Shown piece by piece: positions 10,811 through 23,176 of a DNA stretch of 33,000 nucleotides; positions within the stretch are counted from its first letter, which is position 1; each line of letters begins with the position of its first letter. The position numbers and the translations under genes were made by a program. The stretch covers positions 37,479,001 to 37,512,000 of the forward strand of contig NC_042998.1 of the NCBI RefSeq assembly GCF_006345805.1, read 5' to 3'. This DNA is from Octopus sinensis. Its lineage: Eukaryota. The notes under the pieces were generated by a model. It was not told the origin of the DNA. It saw only the letters and a program-made list of their open reading frames with translations, and ran no database searches.

Positions 10811-11474
10811 ACAGAAGGAGGAATTTGGGAAAGGATTACTTAACTTATTCCTAAGGATTTACGAATGTTTCATCCGTCCGATTAGTTATGGCTTATACCA
10901 TAAGCAATTATTTCGTGTACAGTTCCTCTGAAATCACTTAATCTTAAGTCGTTTTAAGTGTGTTGTGATATTTGGATGATATTTATGCGTACAGGATGGC
11001 AATAAATAATGAAAAGTAGTTAACGTGTGCGATGATTTTATTCAGGTGTATATGGTCTGTTTATGCATTTATTGCTTTTTGTTTAGTGCCAGTTGTTAAT
11101 AATCTCTTCCACTGTTTGGAGTGTAACCTGTGTGTTGCGTATGTGAATTAGGTGGTATTTGCACCTGTAATTGTGATGCTTGTGATAACGGTGGTGATAA
11201 TCCTGCGGATAATGGCGCGGAAAGCTCTAGTGTAGCTTTTGTTCTGTGTTCAAAATCATGTCCATAGTTATTTCCTTCAGTCAGTTAATTGTATTGCATG
11301 TAATCTTTATTTTTAGACTCATTACTGTCACCTTCGTCAAACAATATATCTGAGTGATCCAAAGCGGATTGGGGCTTTTCCCTTGGCGATCAAGGAATTT
11401 ATTATTCTTTGGTGGTGATATACTGGATCTTGGAGATGGTGTGGCTTTTAGCTTTGTCCCTGATGTTCCCACTC

Positions 11475-11711
11475 TTATTTCCTTATTGTCCACAAGGGGC
11501 TAAACATAGAGAGGACAAACAAGGAGAGAGAAAGGGATTAAGTCGATTACATCGACCCCAGTGCGTAACTGGTACTTCATTTATCGACCCCGAAAGGATG
11601 AAAGGCAAAGTCGACCTCGGTGGAATTTGAACTCAGAACGTAACGGCAGACGAAATACGGCTAAGCATTTCGCCCGGCGTGCTAACGTTTCTGCCAGCTC
11701 CTCACCGCCTT
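11475..11711 (-). mobile_element. Family A tRNA-derived SINE, full-length monomer, little diverged
   Basis: Colinear and highly similar to 4475-4705; A and B boxes intact. Confidence 0.92.
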
Positions 11712-11719
11712 GCGATATT

Positions 11720-12530
11720 GCTACCGTTGGTGATGCTTATTGCCTTGCAGCTGGTTTTGTAATCGTTTTTGCTCTGAACGCATGTCGCTGTTGAAGTTGA
11801 CCTGATTGTTTGCATTATGGTTCCTTTAGTTCTGTTTGTTTTCGCTGTGGCATTAGGAGCTCTATTTCAGCTGTTGTTGAAGTGGAAATGTTTGAAATGA
11901 TTTGACGGTTTATAGCTTGGTGGCCTTCTACCACATGCTACTATCTTCAGTTGTTGCCCTCCAGGAATCGCTACTACGTCGAGGATGTTGCTTAATATCT
12001 TTGGTTTGATCTGAATAGAACTCCCCAGCAGCTCCATCCCGACACAAGTTATTTACGTGATTTCTTTCAACCAACTCTCTCCCAAAACAAATATTATTCA
12101 CCTCTGACCAGAAGTCTAGACGTGGAGATATGCTTACAGTTTTCACGTTCTGTCCTAATTCAATCGATATATCTGTGAAAACATCCATTCTTTATTGGGC
12201 AGTGGGTTTCCAATTGGAAACTAACTTGGATGTATCTGAATTTATGGGCAAATCACACCAAATACATTGATTGACTCTATTCCTTAAACAGAGTTCAATT
12301 TGATGTGAAGCTCCACGCTTTAATTTTTGCCTGTTAATTGACAAACATCTCACCGAATGGCTTTCTTTTTTTGTTTGGTTTAAAGGATTTTGCCGTACAT
12401 TGACCACAACGTTTCTCTGTCCTTGCCTCTTCATGCGTTTCTGCGCCTCCCCTAAGTGTTCATATTTATTGGCTGGTACGATATAATGAACAGGCTTTTG
12501 AATTTTCCAAAAGCAATATCTTTTATTTTG
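11720..12530 (-). mobile_element. Possible decayed ORF1/5' region of the L1/Tx1 element whose endonuclease is at 10000-10810
   Basis: Positional inference (upstream of the endonuclease on the same strand, with short fragmented ORFs at 11928..12188 and 12192..12434); no diagnostic motif recognised. Confidence 0.25.
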
Positions 12531-12536
12531 CCGTCA

Positions 12537-12860
12537 CTACTATTGCTGCTGCTGTTACTGCTGCTGTTGCTGTTGAGCGAAGCAGTCTTCGTCCCAGAGT
12601 GGAAGAAGTCCGAAACATGGTCCTTTGCTATTCGTAAAACCCGCAGAAGAGAAAGCAGGTCAACCCCCGACACCGAGAGCATCGACGGATGGATGAATGT
12701 GCATCCAGGCTCAGCGGTTGCGTAGGAAGTCGGACATAAGAAACAGGAAGAAAGAGTGAAGGAAAGTTGGGGCGAAAGAGTACAACAGGGGTCGCCACCA
12801 CCCCCTGACGGAGTCTCGTGGAGCTTTAGGTGCTTTCGCTCAATAAACACACACAACACG
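12537..12860 (-). mobile_element. Headless SINE: body X plus distinct tail C ending in (CAG/CAA)n
   Basis: The reverse complement of 12740-12860 aligns with 17985-18074 (gtgtttattg...ctccg.cagggg...ccct...ctctttc...caacttt...cact..ttcttcctgttt). It sits in a CTG-rich tract. Confidence 0.75.
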
Positions 12861-13559
12861 TTACTGCTGCTGCGGCTGATGATGTTGGTGTTAGTATCAT
12901 CATTGTGGCTGTTTTTAAATTATTGTTGGGTTGGTGGTGCTAACGTATTTGCTAGTGACGTTGCGAGCTACATTGACATATGCTTGGTCTCGCTTCTAAA
13001 ACCGCTGATGTTAGGGTGTTTCTGGTTGTTGTTGCCACAAAAGTGCACTTACTATTGTTTTTGTAATAACCTTTACGTCAGTTGTATCATGTTGTAGGAG
13101 ATGACTTACTAAACACGATTTCACCTTCAAAACATTTTCCCGTTTTAATTTTTTGTTCATCGGACGACACAGATCACACCGATTTTAAATTTTCGCAATA
13201 TTAGTTTTCCTTAATACTGTGTCCCAGAATACCGAGTGAAAAAAAAAACCGTTGATAAAACTCTTCCAGCTCTTCCAACTAAGTACCAAAGTAGAATTCC
13301 AAATTCAACAAAAACAGGCTTCTGAAAAGGAAAACAGCACAACCTCTTCAACTTCCAAAATACTGTAGGCTTCGATGATAAAAATAATAACAATAAGCAT
13401 AACAAAATGATAATGCATTCTGTATTAAAAGAATGTTACAGGTCTGTAAAAAGCAGTATAAAGAAAGAGAATCAAAAAAGAATAACAAATTTTATGGTAA
13501 CATGGTAATAGGAAATTCTCCCAAAAGAGAGGAAATTATCACATGTTACACTTGAAAGC

Positions 13560-14700
13560 CGATGATCGCACTGTATCTCTCCAATCTGCAATTGTATGCT
13601 CAACGCAGTTCTAACCAGTGCAACCACGATTAGCTCTCTCATCTACTTTAAAGCCATTTCGCCGAACGGCAACCCTTTACTGTCTACATTTCTTTTGCTT
13701 CTCAACTTGAGAAATAATCCATAGCGTCTCGCTTCATTTTTTGTCAAAACGACCAAGATAACAAAATATGTCTACCTTTTCCAAATGATTGTGCTACATG
13801 TGACAACAGATATTCAACACAACCCCACATTTCAGGAATCTTGGACGCAACATGTTTGCGAGACGACATGTCTCGTTGCACTACTTGCAACAGGGGAAAA
13901 CCTAGCAGAAGGCAATTTTATATCTGTGAAGTTTGCTACGAATCGGCTATTCCAGGATGCATTCATGGAACCGACTAAAAGTCCCCCAGAACAGATTTAT
14001 CGCTTCAGTTTCATTGATGCTCATAGTTTCCCCCAAGAACGTCGTTGCTTTTGTCCCAAAACACAAAGGTGGAAGTTCCAGCTACCTCATTGCATCAAAG
14101 TGAAGTGTGTAGACATTGAAGTATCAAACAAGAAAATCCAAAATGGTAAACATTTAACGATAGGGTGCATGATACTGCGTGGTTCCAATAGGTGGTCACA
14201 AACAGACGTTGATATGCACAGTGGCCTTCCAAATCGTGAAATCGGAATCGGTCCGAACCGATACAAAATATTGGTGCACGGCCCTCCGCAAATTTTTGGA
14301 TTGATGTATTTCATGAGTCCCAATTGTGCTAGTTTCTTTATCCTCCGTCTCTATGACATCGTATGTGGTGGTGATTGCCGGAATTGCAAATGCGTTTTGC
14401 CAATTTTCCGATTCCATTGTCCAGTTCATCCTGAAATAAAGCTCGTCACTGTCCAGACGACCAAAATACTGCTAAAGAATCCCACACATCTTATATTCGT
14501 ATTGGATAACACGCGGTGCTGATCATGGTATGTGAAGTGCTTCATTGCAGCTTTATTGCCTCGCTGCACCTCTGCCTCTCGGTCCTTCCTGCTCTGATAA
14601 CGTAAAACTTGTACATCGCTTCAAATAATTTGCTGAGGGAATTCTCACCATTGGTTGCAATGCCTTTCCTAAACATATCGTCTACACTTATTATTTTTTT
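13560..14700 (-). mobile_element. Highly decayed RTE-type reverse transcriptase
   Basis: One minus frame reads SENWQNAFAIP (PxDW..A.I.PI), HEIHQSKNLRR, ILDF...F.V....DAMR*LELP, INLF, LHRYKIAF (YADDI region), FLKCGVVLN and LEKVDIFCYLG (LE.V..F.YLG). Nine stops fall within 13785-14522. Confidence 0.65.
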
Positions 14701-15230
14701 CTATTCTTCGTCTTTGTATCGCTTCTCCCTTATTATATTTATCTATTCTAACCACTCTTAACAGAAAACACAATGGTGCATATTGGTGAAGACTGCCTTT
14801 CTCAAGGCTCATTAGACTAACTTGATATTTCGTTTCCTGCAGGTTTGGCGTGTCATGCCAGTAGAGATGTGTCCAACTTCCAGTAACCGGGTCGCTAAGT
14901 CTGACAATGTTATATCTCGACCTGACATATCACAAACATATTGTACAGGATGCCAACCTATGCTATCATTATCTACAGGCCTACAGAAAGCTTTATGACC
15001 TTGTCGACCTGATGTCATTTGCCAGCATCAGAAAATTCTGATAAAACTACGAGTAACTATCAAGCACTTGGATACGCCTTAATAGGTATGTGAACCTTTG
15101 GACTCGTTTGTCAGATAGTCCAAAGCTAGTCCTAGCTTGAATCTCTGATGGCATTCCATTCTTCCACTCTAGACGCTTGAAAGAATATGGTCGTCGCACT
15201 TCTGACGACAACTAGTCGAACGTTATCCCA

Positions 15231-17490
15231 TAGTAGTAGTAGTAGTAGTAGTAATATGATTTTTGCATTAGTCGCCAGGTATATCAAATAACAACTCAAA
15301 AGTACAAGGACAATGGTTATAGAAAACTGAGGAATTTCATGTGCAAACAAAATATAAACAACAAAGACAGATGGTAGGGCAGAGACATCCGAGGAATACT
15401 CGGAGAAATCCTGCAAAAAACACAGAAGTGGTCTTTGCAGTTTCTTTCCACTAATGTCCACTCTGTCTGTGGTCTACTTTTAATCTACGCTCATACTCAT
15501 TGAACAGGAGCAATGTTGTGATTCGTCACTTCTCAACTACCTTTCCATGATAGTTTATTCATGTCTTGGGTAACAGTCTCCTCCCATCTAACCACATTTC
15601 ATTTCTTACAAACCTATATATCACATCAAAATGCTCCGAAAAATTTAACTGGTACATCAATCCAGCACACCAGGATGCAGTTGAACGATATGGACCTGGG
15701 TACCCGGTTGCAGGTCCGCCATCATATAGCTGTTAAATCTGGAAGCTAGTACTGTCATGTATTCCCTTATCGTGGTGCGGAACATCTCGATAGTCCTGGT
15801 TTCTATGTCGAAGACGCGTGTATGTACTCGACAGATCTAATGAACCTTTGTTCGTAACAAAATGCACCTGAATTTATACAGTTACCGAATTTGAGGCGCT
15901 AGGGATAGTAAAATAAACCGTGGCTGTAGCAGGGAACATTTATGAGCGTTTTGCATGATACAAGCATGGTTTCGTTGAGTGTTGATTTGCACAGAACACG
16001 GAGCAGATGTCGCTTTACATCACAGTGATCCAGTCGCAAATAAACTGACCGAAATTAGCTGCTGTGAGAAATTCCGCCAAGTTAGATTTGTTGACTCTTT
16101 CGAAGGATTTTAATCCTAATATCCTATAAAGAACTCTATAACATATCAGTTGTGGTGATGATTCCCGTGAACAAATTATTTTGGGATTGCGCATTATTGC
16201 ACATCACTAATAAGATCAATAAGATTAATACTGCTGCATTCAACACAGGTATGAGACATATATTGCCAACATGTTCCCATTACTTATGGACCTTTGCCAA
16301 CATGCCTCACAAAATAGAGAGTTCTCAAGTTTCATATTTGTTTTGATACCTATGTCAGTTTCCAGAAGGGAAATGAAGTTCATTGGGCAGATATTTCAAA
16401 CCAGACGATTTGCTTTACATGCAGAAACCCATGACGAGCCGTAATTCTGTGGAGGTTGTCAGCGTTTGAAATTACTCAACTCTTTTGACGTGAGACGCTG
16501 TAGGCCCTCTAGGAATGCATTTGTGAAAGCCTCTCATCTGAAACTGTCGAGGAAAGTACCGATGAAATTCGAACACATCTGTGTGCGATCGTGTAGCACA
16601 TGTGCGTCATGGCCCATCAAACACCGAATTGCGGTTTTATTACCAAGCTGAACCTATGCAACTCGGCTGCATTGAAGAGATTTCGTAAGGTTGGTATCTT
16701 AGAGAACGCAACTTAGCTCTGACAGCGTTTTGTTCATTCATTTCCAAATTACATATTTTGTGATGCCCTTTATGTGAAATCCTTCTAAGATGCCTTGTCA
16801 CTCACTATTCTAGTTACTTTTTAATTGGTGCTTTCTTATCAAAACATTTCGATTCTGCCCTAATCAATCTTTAGAGTGCTAACTACTATTTGTCACAGAC
16901 ATTTGTTCACATAACGTCTGCGGAACTAATTTGTGAATCCAGTCTATTTATGCTTGGTACTGCAGTAAATGTGCTTCCTGTAAATGTATCCTTCTCTGTG
17001 TAGCTGATCTAGGTCGACCAGACACATCACAGTGTGCTTTCTGCGTAGCCAATGTTTCTGAAGTCACTGGCCTAGAAAATAATCTATCCAGTTACAATCT
17101 TGATGATCCGATGCAGTTTCTCCATGTCCACATTAGCATATTTTCGCGATACCCAGTTGGTACATGTCAGTGAATATGAAACGTCGGAGGAGATGCGCAA
17201 TGTATTTGTTACACCTCTTCGGTTGATTTTGTACCCTTCTATAGGTTTGATATACAGACTACACGAATCCGAGTTAGACGCAACTGTCTTGACGTGACAT
17301 ACTTCAAATGCCTTCACTAAATACGACACTCCGTTAAATACGATCTCTCAACGACTTCGTTCGTCTCAACCAATACGTTACTCAGTATAAGAGTTCCGTT
17401 AATCCATTCTTTCAATCTCATGCGGGTATAACTGACTTTCGCCACTACATCCACCCTCTTTCAGGATTGACTTCCGTTTGAAGTTAATAT
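15231..17490 (-). mobile_element. Decayed L1/Tx1-type ORF2 (endonuclease C-half, linker, RT) plus probable 3' UTR and (TAC)n tail
   Basis: Minus-strand remnants RSYL, SSGLKYLPNELH (SPG.DGLP.E.Y), PVLNAAVLIL, QNNL, KSFERVNKSNLAEFLTAANFGQFICDWI (KAFDRV...L...L.A.GFG..F..WI), IEMFRTTIREYMTVLASRFN, CWIDVPVKFFG and KLSWKG. Confidence 0.75.
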
Positions 17491-17549
17491 TATCATTTTT
17501 TACTATATTTTTTTCTTTCACCGAGTCTCACTTGTTTTGAGATTTTCTT

Positions 17550-20115
17550 CCTCAGTGTTTGGGTTTAGTGTTATCCTATAAAGCCTTAAGAATTGTGTCA
17601 ATGCTGCGACGTCGACCAGCTCGTTCCTTGATTTCTTTAATGCTCTTTTAAATATATCCTTCAACACCTTTCCGCTTGCCCGTTTGATCTTGGATGATAT
17701 GGCGGAGTAGAAATGTGTTCAATTCCATATATTTTACAAAAGTTTTAAACACATTCGCCGTCAACTGCTTAGCTTCATCAGATGCTAAGTTGTTCGCACA
17801 CCATATCTTGCAAATAATACACGAATAAATTCTATTGTTACTGTAGAGGTTGGTTTCCTACATCTATATATTTCCAGCCACTTAGTATAACTATCTTCTA
17901 CAATCAGGTGTGGAGCCGCAACGGCCAAGTGGTTATGGCAGCGGATTCGCGGTCATAGGATCGCGGTTTCGATTCGCAGACTGGGCGTTGTGAGTGTTTA
18001 TTGGCTCCGGCAGGGGTTGCGGTGAACCCTATTATATTCTTTCATTACAACTTTCTCTCACTTTCTTCCTGTTTATGTGGGACCTTTATTCCAAATGACC
18101 AGCCTTCTCACCCTCTCTGTCGCGCTGAATCTCCTCGAAAACTACGTTAAGTGTACACGTGTCTGTGGAGTTCTCAGCCATTTGCACGTTAATTTCACGA
18201 GCAGGCTGTTCCGTTGATCGATCAACCGGAACCCACGGTGACAATCAGGAAATATGCACCATTTACTAGTCCAGCAAAATCTATATGGGGCCTGGTCCAT
18301 GGACTGTCGGTTTTAGGCCATGGTTTGAATTTTACCGGTGGTGACTTGGCTCCAAGGTCACAACATCTGCAGGATTTCACCGACTCTTCAATTTCACGAT
18401 ATTTTGTAAGCCCATACATGTAACTTCTCATCAGTGATTTCATTCTCGAAATTTCTGGGTAACCATTATGAAATTCTTTAAATAAATGCTTTTTTAGTAC
18501 GGCTGGCACTACGACTCTTTGTGCATACATCAGCCTTTTGTCGTACAGTGAGAAATGTTTGGCATTTGCGTTGCGGATATTTTTATTTTCTTTAGCCTTC
18601 GGTGTTTCTTTGATTCTTATAATGAATATATCGTTCTCCGGCTTTGACTTTATGTCTGATAAAGTAACTGAGAGTTCAAGAATGACTTTACACAAAACAT
18701 TTTCAATTTCATTTTCCGCAAGGAAAGTGGCAATCACAGTATCTTCGAATGGTTCCGCATATTTTGAAAGCAGCCTTGTTTGATCATCTGCATGGTCTAA
18801 TTTCTTGGACGGTATTTACTCCATCCTGAGATTGTAGTTTAGTAATATCTTCACCCAATGTTGTAACCTATTAGCAGTATAGGCAGGAATTTCTTTGTTC
18901 GACCCAACTATAATTACGGTCGGTTGATCAGTCTGCAGCTGAAAACTTCTACTGTACAAAAATCTGTGAAATTTTATCACGGCAAAAATGATCGCTAGAG
19001 CTTTTTTCTCGATTTGACTATGATATTTTTCTGCTGATATCACAGAACGCGAGACATGAGCAACCGCTTTCATGTTAGCATCTTTATATTTATGTAGCAT
19101 TACTGCTCCACATCGTATTCAGAAGCGTCTGAAGCTACAACAATCTGCACTGTAGGATCGAACTGAGCTAACGATAAATCAGATATCAATATTTTATTTT
19201 TAAATTTCGTCAAACGTCTTTTGACAATTTACTGATCAATTCCATTCCCTATCTTTTTTCAGCAAATTATTCAGTGGAGTCCTAGCCTTATGTATATTTG
19301 GAATATGATTTTGGTAATAATTTGCCAATCCTAAAAATAAATGTGATATCGCTATATTAGTCGGAGGAGGCATATTTTTAATTGCCTTTGTCCTCGATTG
19401 GTCACGTCGTCGTCCATTCCTGTCAATAATTTACCTAAATATCTTAATTCCAGTAGGAAAAATCCACACATTCAATGAGAAGCTACAATCCATAATTTTT
19501 CTCAATACGAATTTTACGTGCCTCACGTGTTGACTTCTGGATTCGCGTTTAATGAGTATATCATCCAAATATGGAATTGAGAATTCACAAGCGGCTAACA
19601 TTGTGACCATAATCTGTTACTGGTGCGGCTCTTGAACCAAATGGTAACCTGTTTTACTTATACAATCCTTTAAGTGTGTTGACTGTAAGGCATTTCGAAC
19701 ATTCATCGTCTTCTCTAATTTGTAGGTACACATCAGAGAGATACAAAAATACAGACCCAGTTTATCAGAAATGTTTTTTTTACCTTTTCTTTCAATTTGT
19801 CTGGTGACAGGTTTTTACTGTAGCAAAAATCATTTATATTTTTACAGAACAGATTATGAGAAAGTCCCATAAATTAAACAATTTCATCCACTCAGTACTA
19901 AACAAATTTGTTGTATTATTTAAAACAAAATATTCTGCATTCAAGGTTTTACCCAGAAATGTAACCTCAGTTATAATTCCACCCGAAAAATGTAATTTTT
20001 ACCTTTCGTAATGTTTGAAGTTTCCATTAATGTAGACTTTTTTTCTATTTTTGCCATGTGTTAGTATTAATAATCATAATATTACTACCTGTATGCAGCT
20101 GTAACTCCCCTGTGT
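17550..20115 (-). mobile_element. Ty3/Gypsy pol remnant (protease-RT-RNase H-integrase), no LTR or gag seen
   Basis: Minus strand: LQLHTGS (DTGS site mutated, 20084-20095), RLPFG, YLDD (19560-19571), FLGLANYY, ASDAS, SQIEKKALAIIFAV, EFHNGYPEISRMKSL...CRCC (integrase zinc finger), HIDFAG, YGIEHISTPPYHPRSNGQAER and YRITLNPNT. The domain order PR-RT-RH-IN is that of Ty3/Gypsy. Confidence 0.93.
17909..18240 (+). mobile_element. tRNA-derived SINE (body X + tail B) inserted in the Gypsy integrase, 9-bp TSD
   Basis: Head ggagccgcaacggccaagtggtta ... gtttcgattc; direct repeat ACAATCAGG at 17900-17908 and 18241-18249. Confidence 0.9.
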
Positions 20116-20289
20116 CTAACCTCGCTTACCGAAGAAACGAAAGAACAAAAGAAAAAAGGAGAAAGAAAAGACGCACTCATCACCAGAGCTGAAGACACCT
20201 ACGAAAGCGGGCGGGGTGCTACGTCGAAATCGGTAAAGGAGTAGGGGTATCAATGACTCTCGCCACAACAGTTAGCTAATTCCAAACTT

Positions 20290-20720
20290 TCGCAATGTGC
20301 ATGTAACTCCTAATTTCTTACTGGCATTAAAGAGTGAGTAATTCTTAGGAAGAGCTAACAAAACCGGAAGAAATCTGTTTGCTTCATCCCTGTTAAGTTT
20401 TAGAATGATTTTACTTTGAAAGTAATATTTTCTCTCCTATTCAATTCCTGTTCCATAAAATAACGTTTAGAGTCCAAGAGGATGGTCCGCATCGGGAAAT
20501 CCAGACGTCTCCAAAAAAAAATAGACCCTCTGCTTCCTGATTCTGGCAAAGTGAGCGATCCCTAAACTCTGAAACCACTGGAAGTGGGTAGAAATTCTTG
20601 TGCCACAGACATTCTGTTTTCGCTAATGGCTATCACATCGAGTGCCCTGAGATCAGTTTCCCTATTTCCAAGTCAAAATGATCAAGTTCGTTCACAGTTC
20701 TCATTCTCAGTCAGGTCATG
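20290..20720 (-). mobile_element. Decayed L1/Tx1-type endonuclease N-half
   Basis: Minus-strand DLRALDVIAISENRM and TDFFRFC*LFLRITHSLMPVRN* (DFFR.L..FL....L..GDWN pattern). Confidence 0.6.
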
Positions 20721-20899
20721 TTAGACAGGAGAGACGTGAGAAAGGCCGACTTAACTTTTTTTTTCTCTTTATCGGCGAAGACATGTTCAATTCCTCCTGT
20801 AAATTGTGAAATTTTACACGAATGAATCTTTATAAAGTCTTTTATTAACATTCTTACTATCTAATTTTTTACAATACCGTTTGTTTTGTCGAGTTTACC

Positions 20900-21900
20900 T
20901 GATTTTTATGCGTTGTTATGCTCTTTGTTCAAGCGATGACGTTATTGTGTGTGCTGGTTCCATGTTGAAATTCGCGAATGAGTATTGATTTTTGTGTTCT
21001 GCTTATTGCCGTTAATGATTTCTTTTCAATTTTGTTTTTCCGAGTTTGGGAGTGTTCTGACAGTTGGTGTGTGGTTAATAAGGTTGTGCTTGTGATTGAA
21101 ACGTTTGCGCTGAATGTGTTGGGAAAGTGGTGGTGGTTGCGGAGCTGGTGACAATCATGTCAATAGTATTAATCCTGATGCTGTTGGATCGTTGTTGCTT
21201 ACTCGAAAACATCTCCCACGTTCGTTCGAACCTACGACCTCATTTATGACATGGATTTTTCTTCTTCTTCTTCTTCTTCTTCTTCGTTGGGTGTTTTTGA
21301 TTTTTTAGTGCCTCCCTCATCATTGTTGCCACACCACATGTCTGCTTTGACCGAGACGATGCAGATTATATCTTGGATGTGACTGGTTTCCCTCTGATTC
21401 TCTGTTGATTTTATTGCTGTTGTTGTCAGTGATGTGACAGGCAAGGAAAAGTGGGTTTCGTTTGTTGTTCTTGCTTCCGCAGATTGGATCCACCAACTGA
21501 ATACATTCCACTACTTAGCAGAAGTCAAGTATTAGTGCTACGTTCGTAATTCTACCTCCGTCTCAGGCAAATTACTGTCAGTGTAAGCAGTTCAGTTCTA
21601 TAAATGATGATGACTTTCTTCTACGTTGGAATTTCCGAATAAAATTTCACAAGAATATAACCGAGAAGCTCCTGTTACAAAATCAGTGACTCTCCGTACG
21701 TTTTCAGAGTCCAGTTTTACAAGTGATACTTGATCCATTCCTTCTTCATTAAATATATCTATATAACAACTTTTCGCTCTGATTGCTGATCTGAAGCATG
21801 CTGTCAATAGCGGGTGCAGCTTTTCATGATGAGTTATACATATCTTTTGCTTCTGCTCGGGTGTTGGTGTTAACAAGATAAATCTTTATTTTTGGCATTA
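20900..21900 (-). mobile_element. Possible decayed L1/Tx1 ORF1 region
   Basis: Positional inference only: upstream of the 20290-20720 endonuclease on the same strand, A/C-rich on minus, fragmented ORFs 21598..21876 and 21244..21444. Confidence 0.2.
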
Positions 21901-22474
21901 GATCAATCATTGTGTCAACGCATTTTCACATCTGTTATTATTCTTTGCAGTAACACTGTTGTTGTCAACGCTGTGGTGGCTGTGGATACACCACCCCTAC
22001 CGCAAATGCTGCAATGTGGAGAGGTGCTCATAACATATTTCCACTGCTGCCGGCAATACTTTTTACCATGGTACCAGAATTCCTTCTGCCTTCTGCTGCT
22101 ATTATTAAACTATGGTTTTTTTTTGTTTTGTTTTTTGTTGGTTGCGATCCTGCTACTACTGATATCAATATGGTAGATGTAGCTATTGTTTTACTACAGT
22201 CGCTGTTGGTACTGCTGATTGCTGTTGTTGCTGTTAAGCAACAAGACAGGTAAGGGTGATTAGGTGATGGTCTAAAGCTTAGGGGCAGGAGACCCCAGAC
22301 CTTGGAAAAAAAAAAACTTTGGTCGTCTTGTTGTAGTCGATGGCTCTTCGCTGGGAGGTGGCCGTCGAAGTCGCTGGAAATGGAGATCTCCAGGTTCCAA
22401 TTCTTGAACGGCTGCTACTGCTGATGCGACTCCTGCCCCTGGTAGTTATTTTAACGTATGTAGTATTACCTCGT

Positions 22475-22792
22475 AAGCACGTGGCTCAGTGGTTACGGCA
22501 TTTGGCTCAGGATAGTAAAGTCGGGAGTTGGATTCACGTCGGCGCCTTCTGTTCTCGACGAAGGCACTTTGTCTCATATTGCTACATTCTACTCAGCAAG
22601 CAGAATGAGCATTATAGATATTTGAATGGGCCAACCATGTCACATTCTGTGTCACGCTACATTTTCCTGAGAACTTCGCCGTGGGTACGCGTGTCTGTGG
22701 AGTGCTCAGCCACATGCACGTTAATCTCACGAAGAAGATTTTCTGCTAATTCGATCAATTACAACACTCGTCGTTGTAATCGACAGAGGCCC
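22475..22792 (+). mobile_element. tRNA-derived SINE: CORE body + tail B
   Basis: Head gcacgtggctcagtggtta; 22551-22609 aligns with the CORE segment of 3635-3695; 22625-22735 aligns with 18094-18205 (shared gtgtctgtggagt.ctcagcca..tgcacgttaat.tcacga). Confidence 0.8.
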
Positions 22793-23176
22793 AGTGTTAT
22801 GTCTTGGGAAGCATTGACAGCGAACCGGGTTGCTAATCGTCAGAGTTACCTCACGACTCGCCCTTTAAGGGGTTGGCCATCAAACATTATTGTATAGAGG
22901 CTATTGAACACTTTTGCTTTGCTTCACGATAATTTTACATTTTTGCAAAATTTTGAGCCACGAAGAAATTGATAAATGGATTAATGGGACCTTCACAATC
23001 TTGGCTTAATAACAAGTTAAAACTACAAATTCAGTAAATATCAACATTTGATAAATGGTAAACAATACAGATTCACAGAGATTCCAAAGCACATATACAT
23101 ACGTAGAGCAGCAACAACATCAACAACAGCAACAATGATAATAATAATCCTCTTGGTTATTCAGTGTCTCCCTCGT

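Noticed and set aside
12452-13097. ORFs of 135, 89 and 113 aa, including a poly-Leu signal-peptide-like stretch
   Set aside because: They overlap a SINE and its CTG/CAG tail; the poly-Leu comes from the repeat.
13785-14522. piggyBac or hAT transposase reading of the minus strand (MSINET, WNS)
   Set aside because: Isolated look-alike words; the colinear set of RT motifs in one frame fits an RTE-type RT better.
20120-20270. Possible Gypsy 5' LTR beginning TGTTGTG on minus
   Set aside because: No second copy near 17500, no PBS, and it runs straight into the protease motif with no gag.
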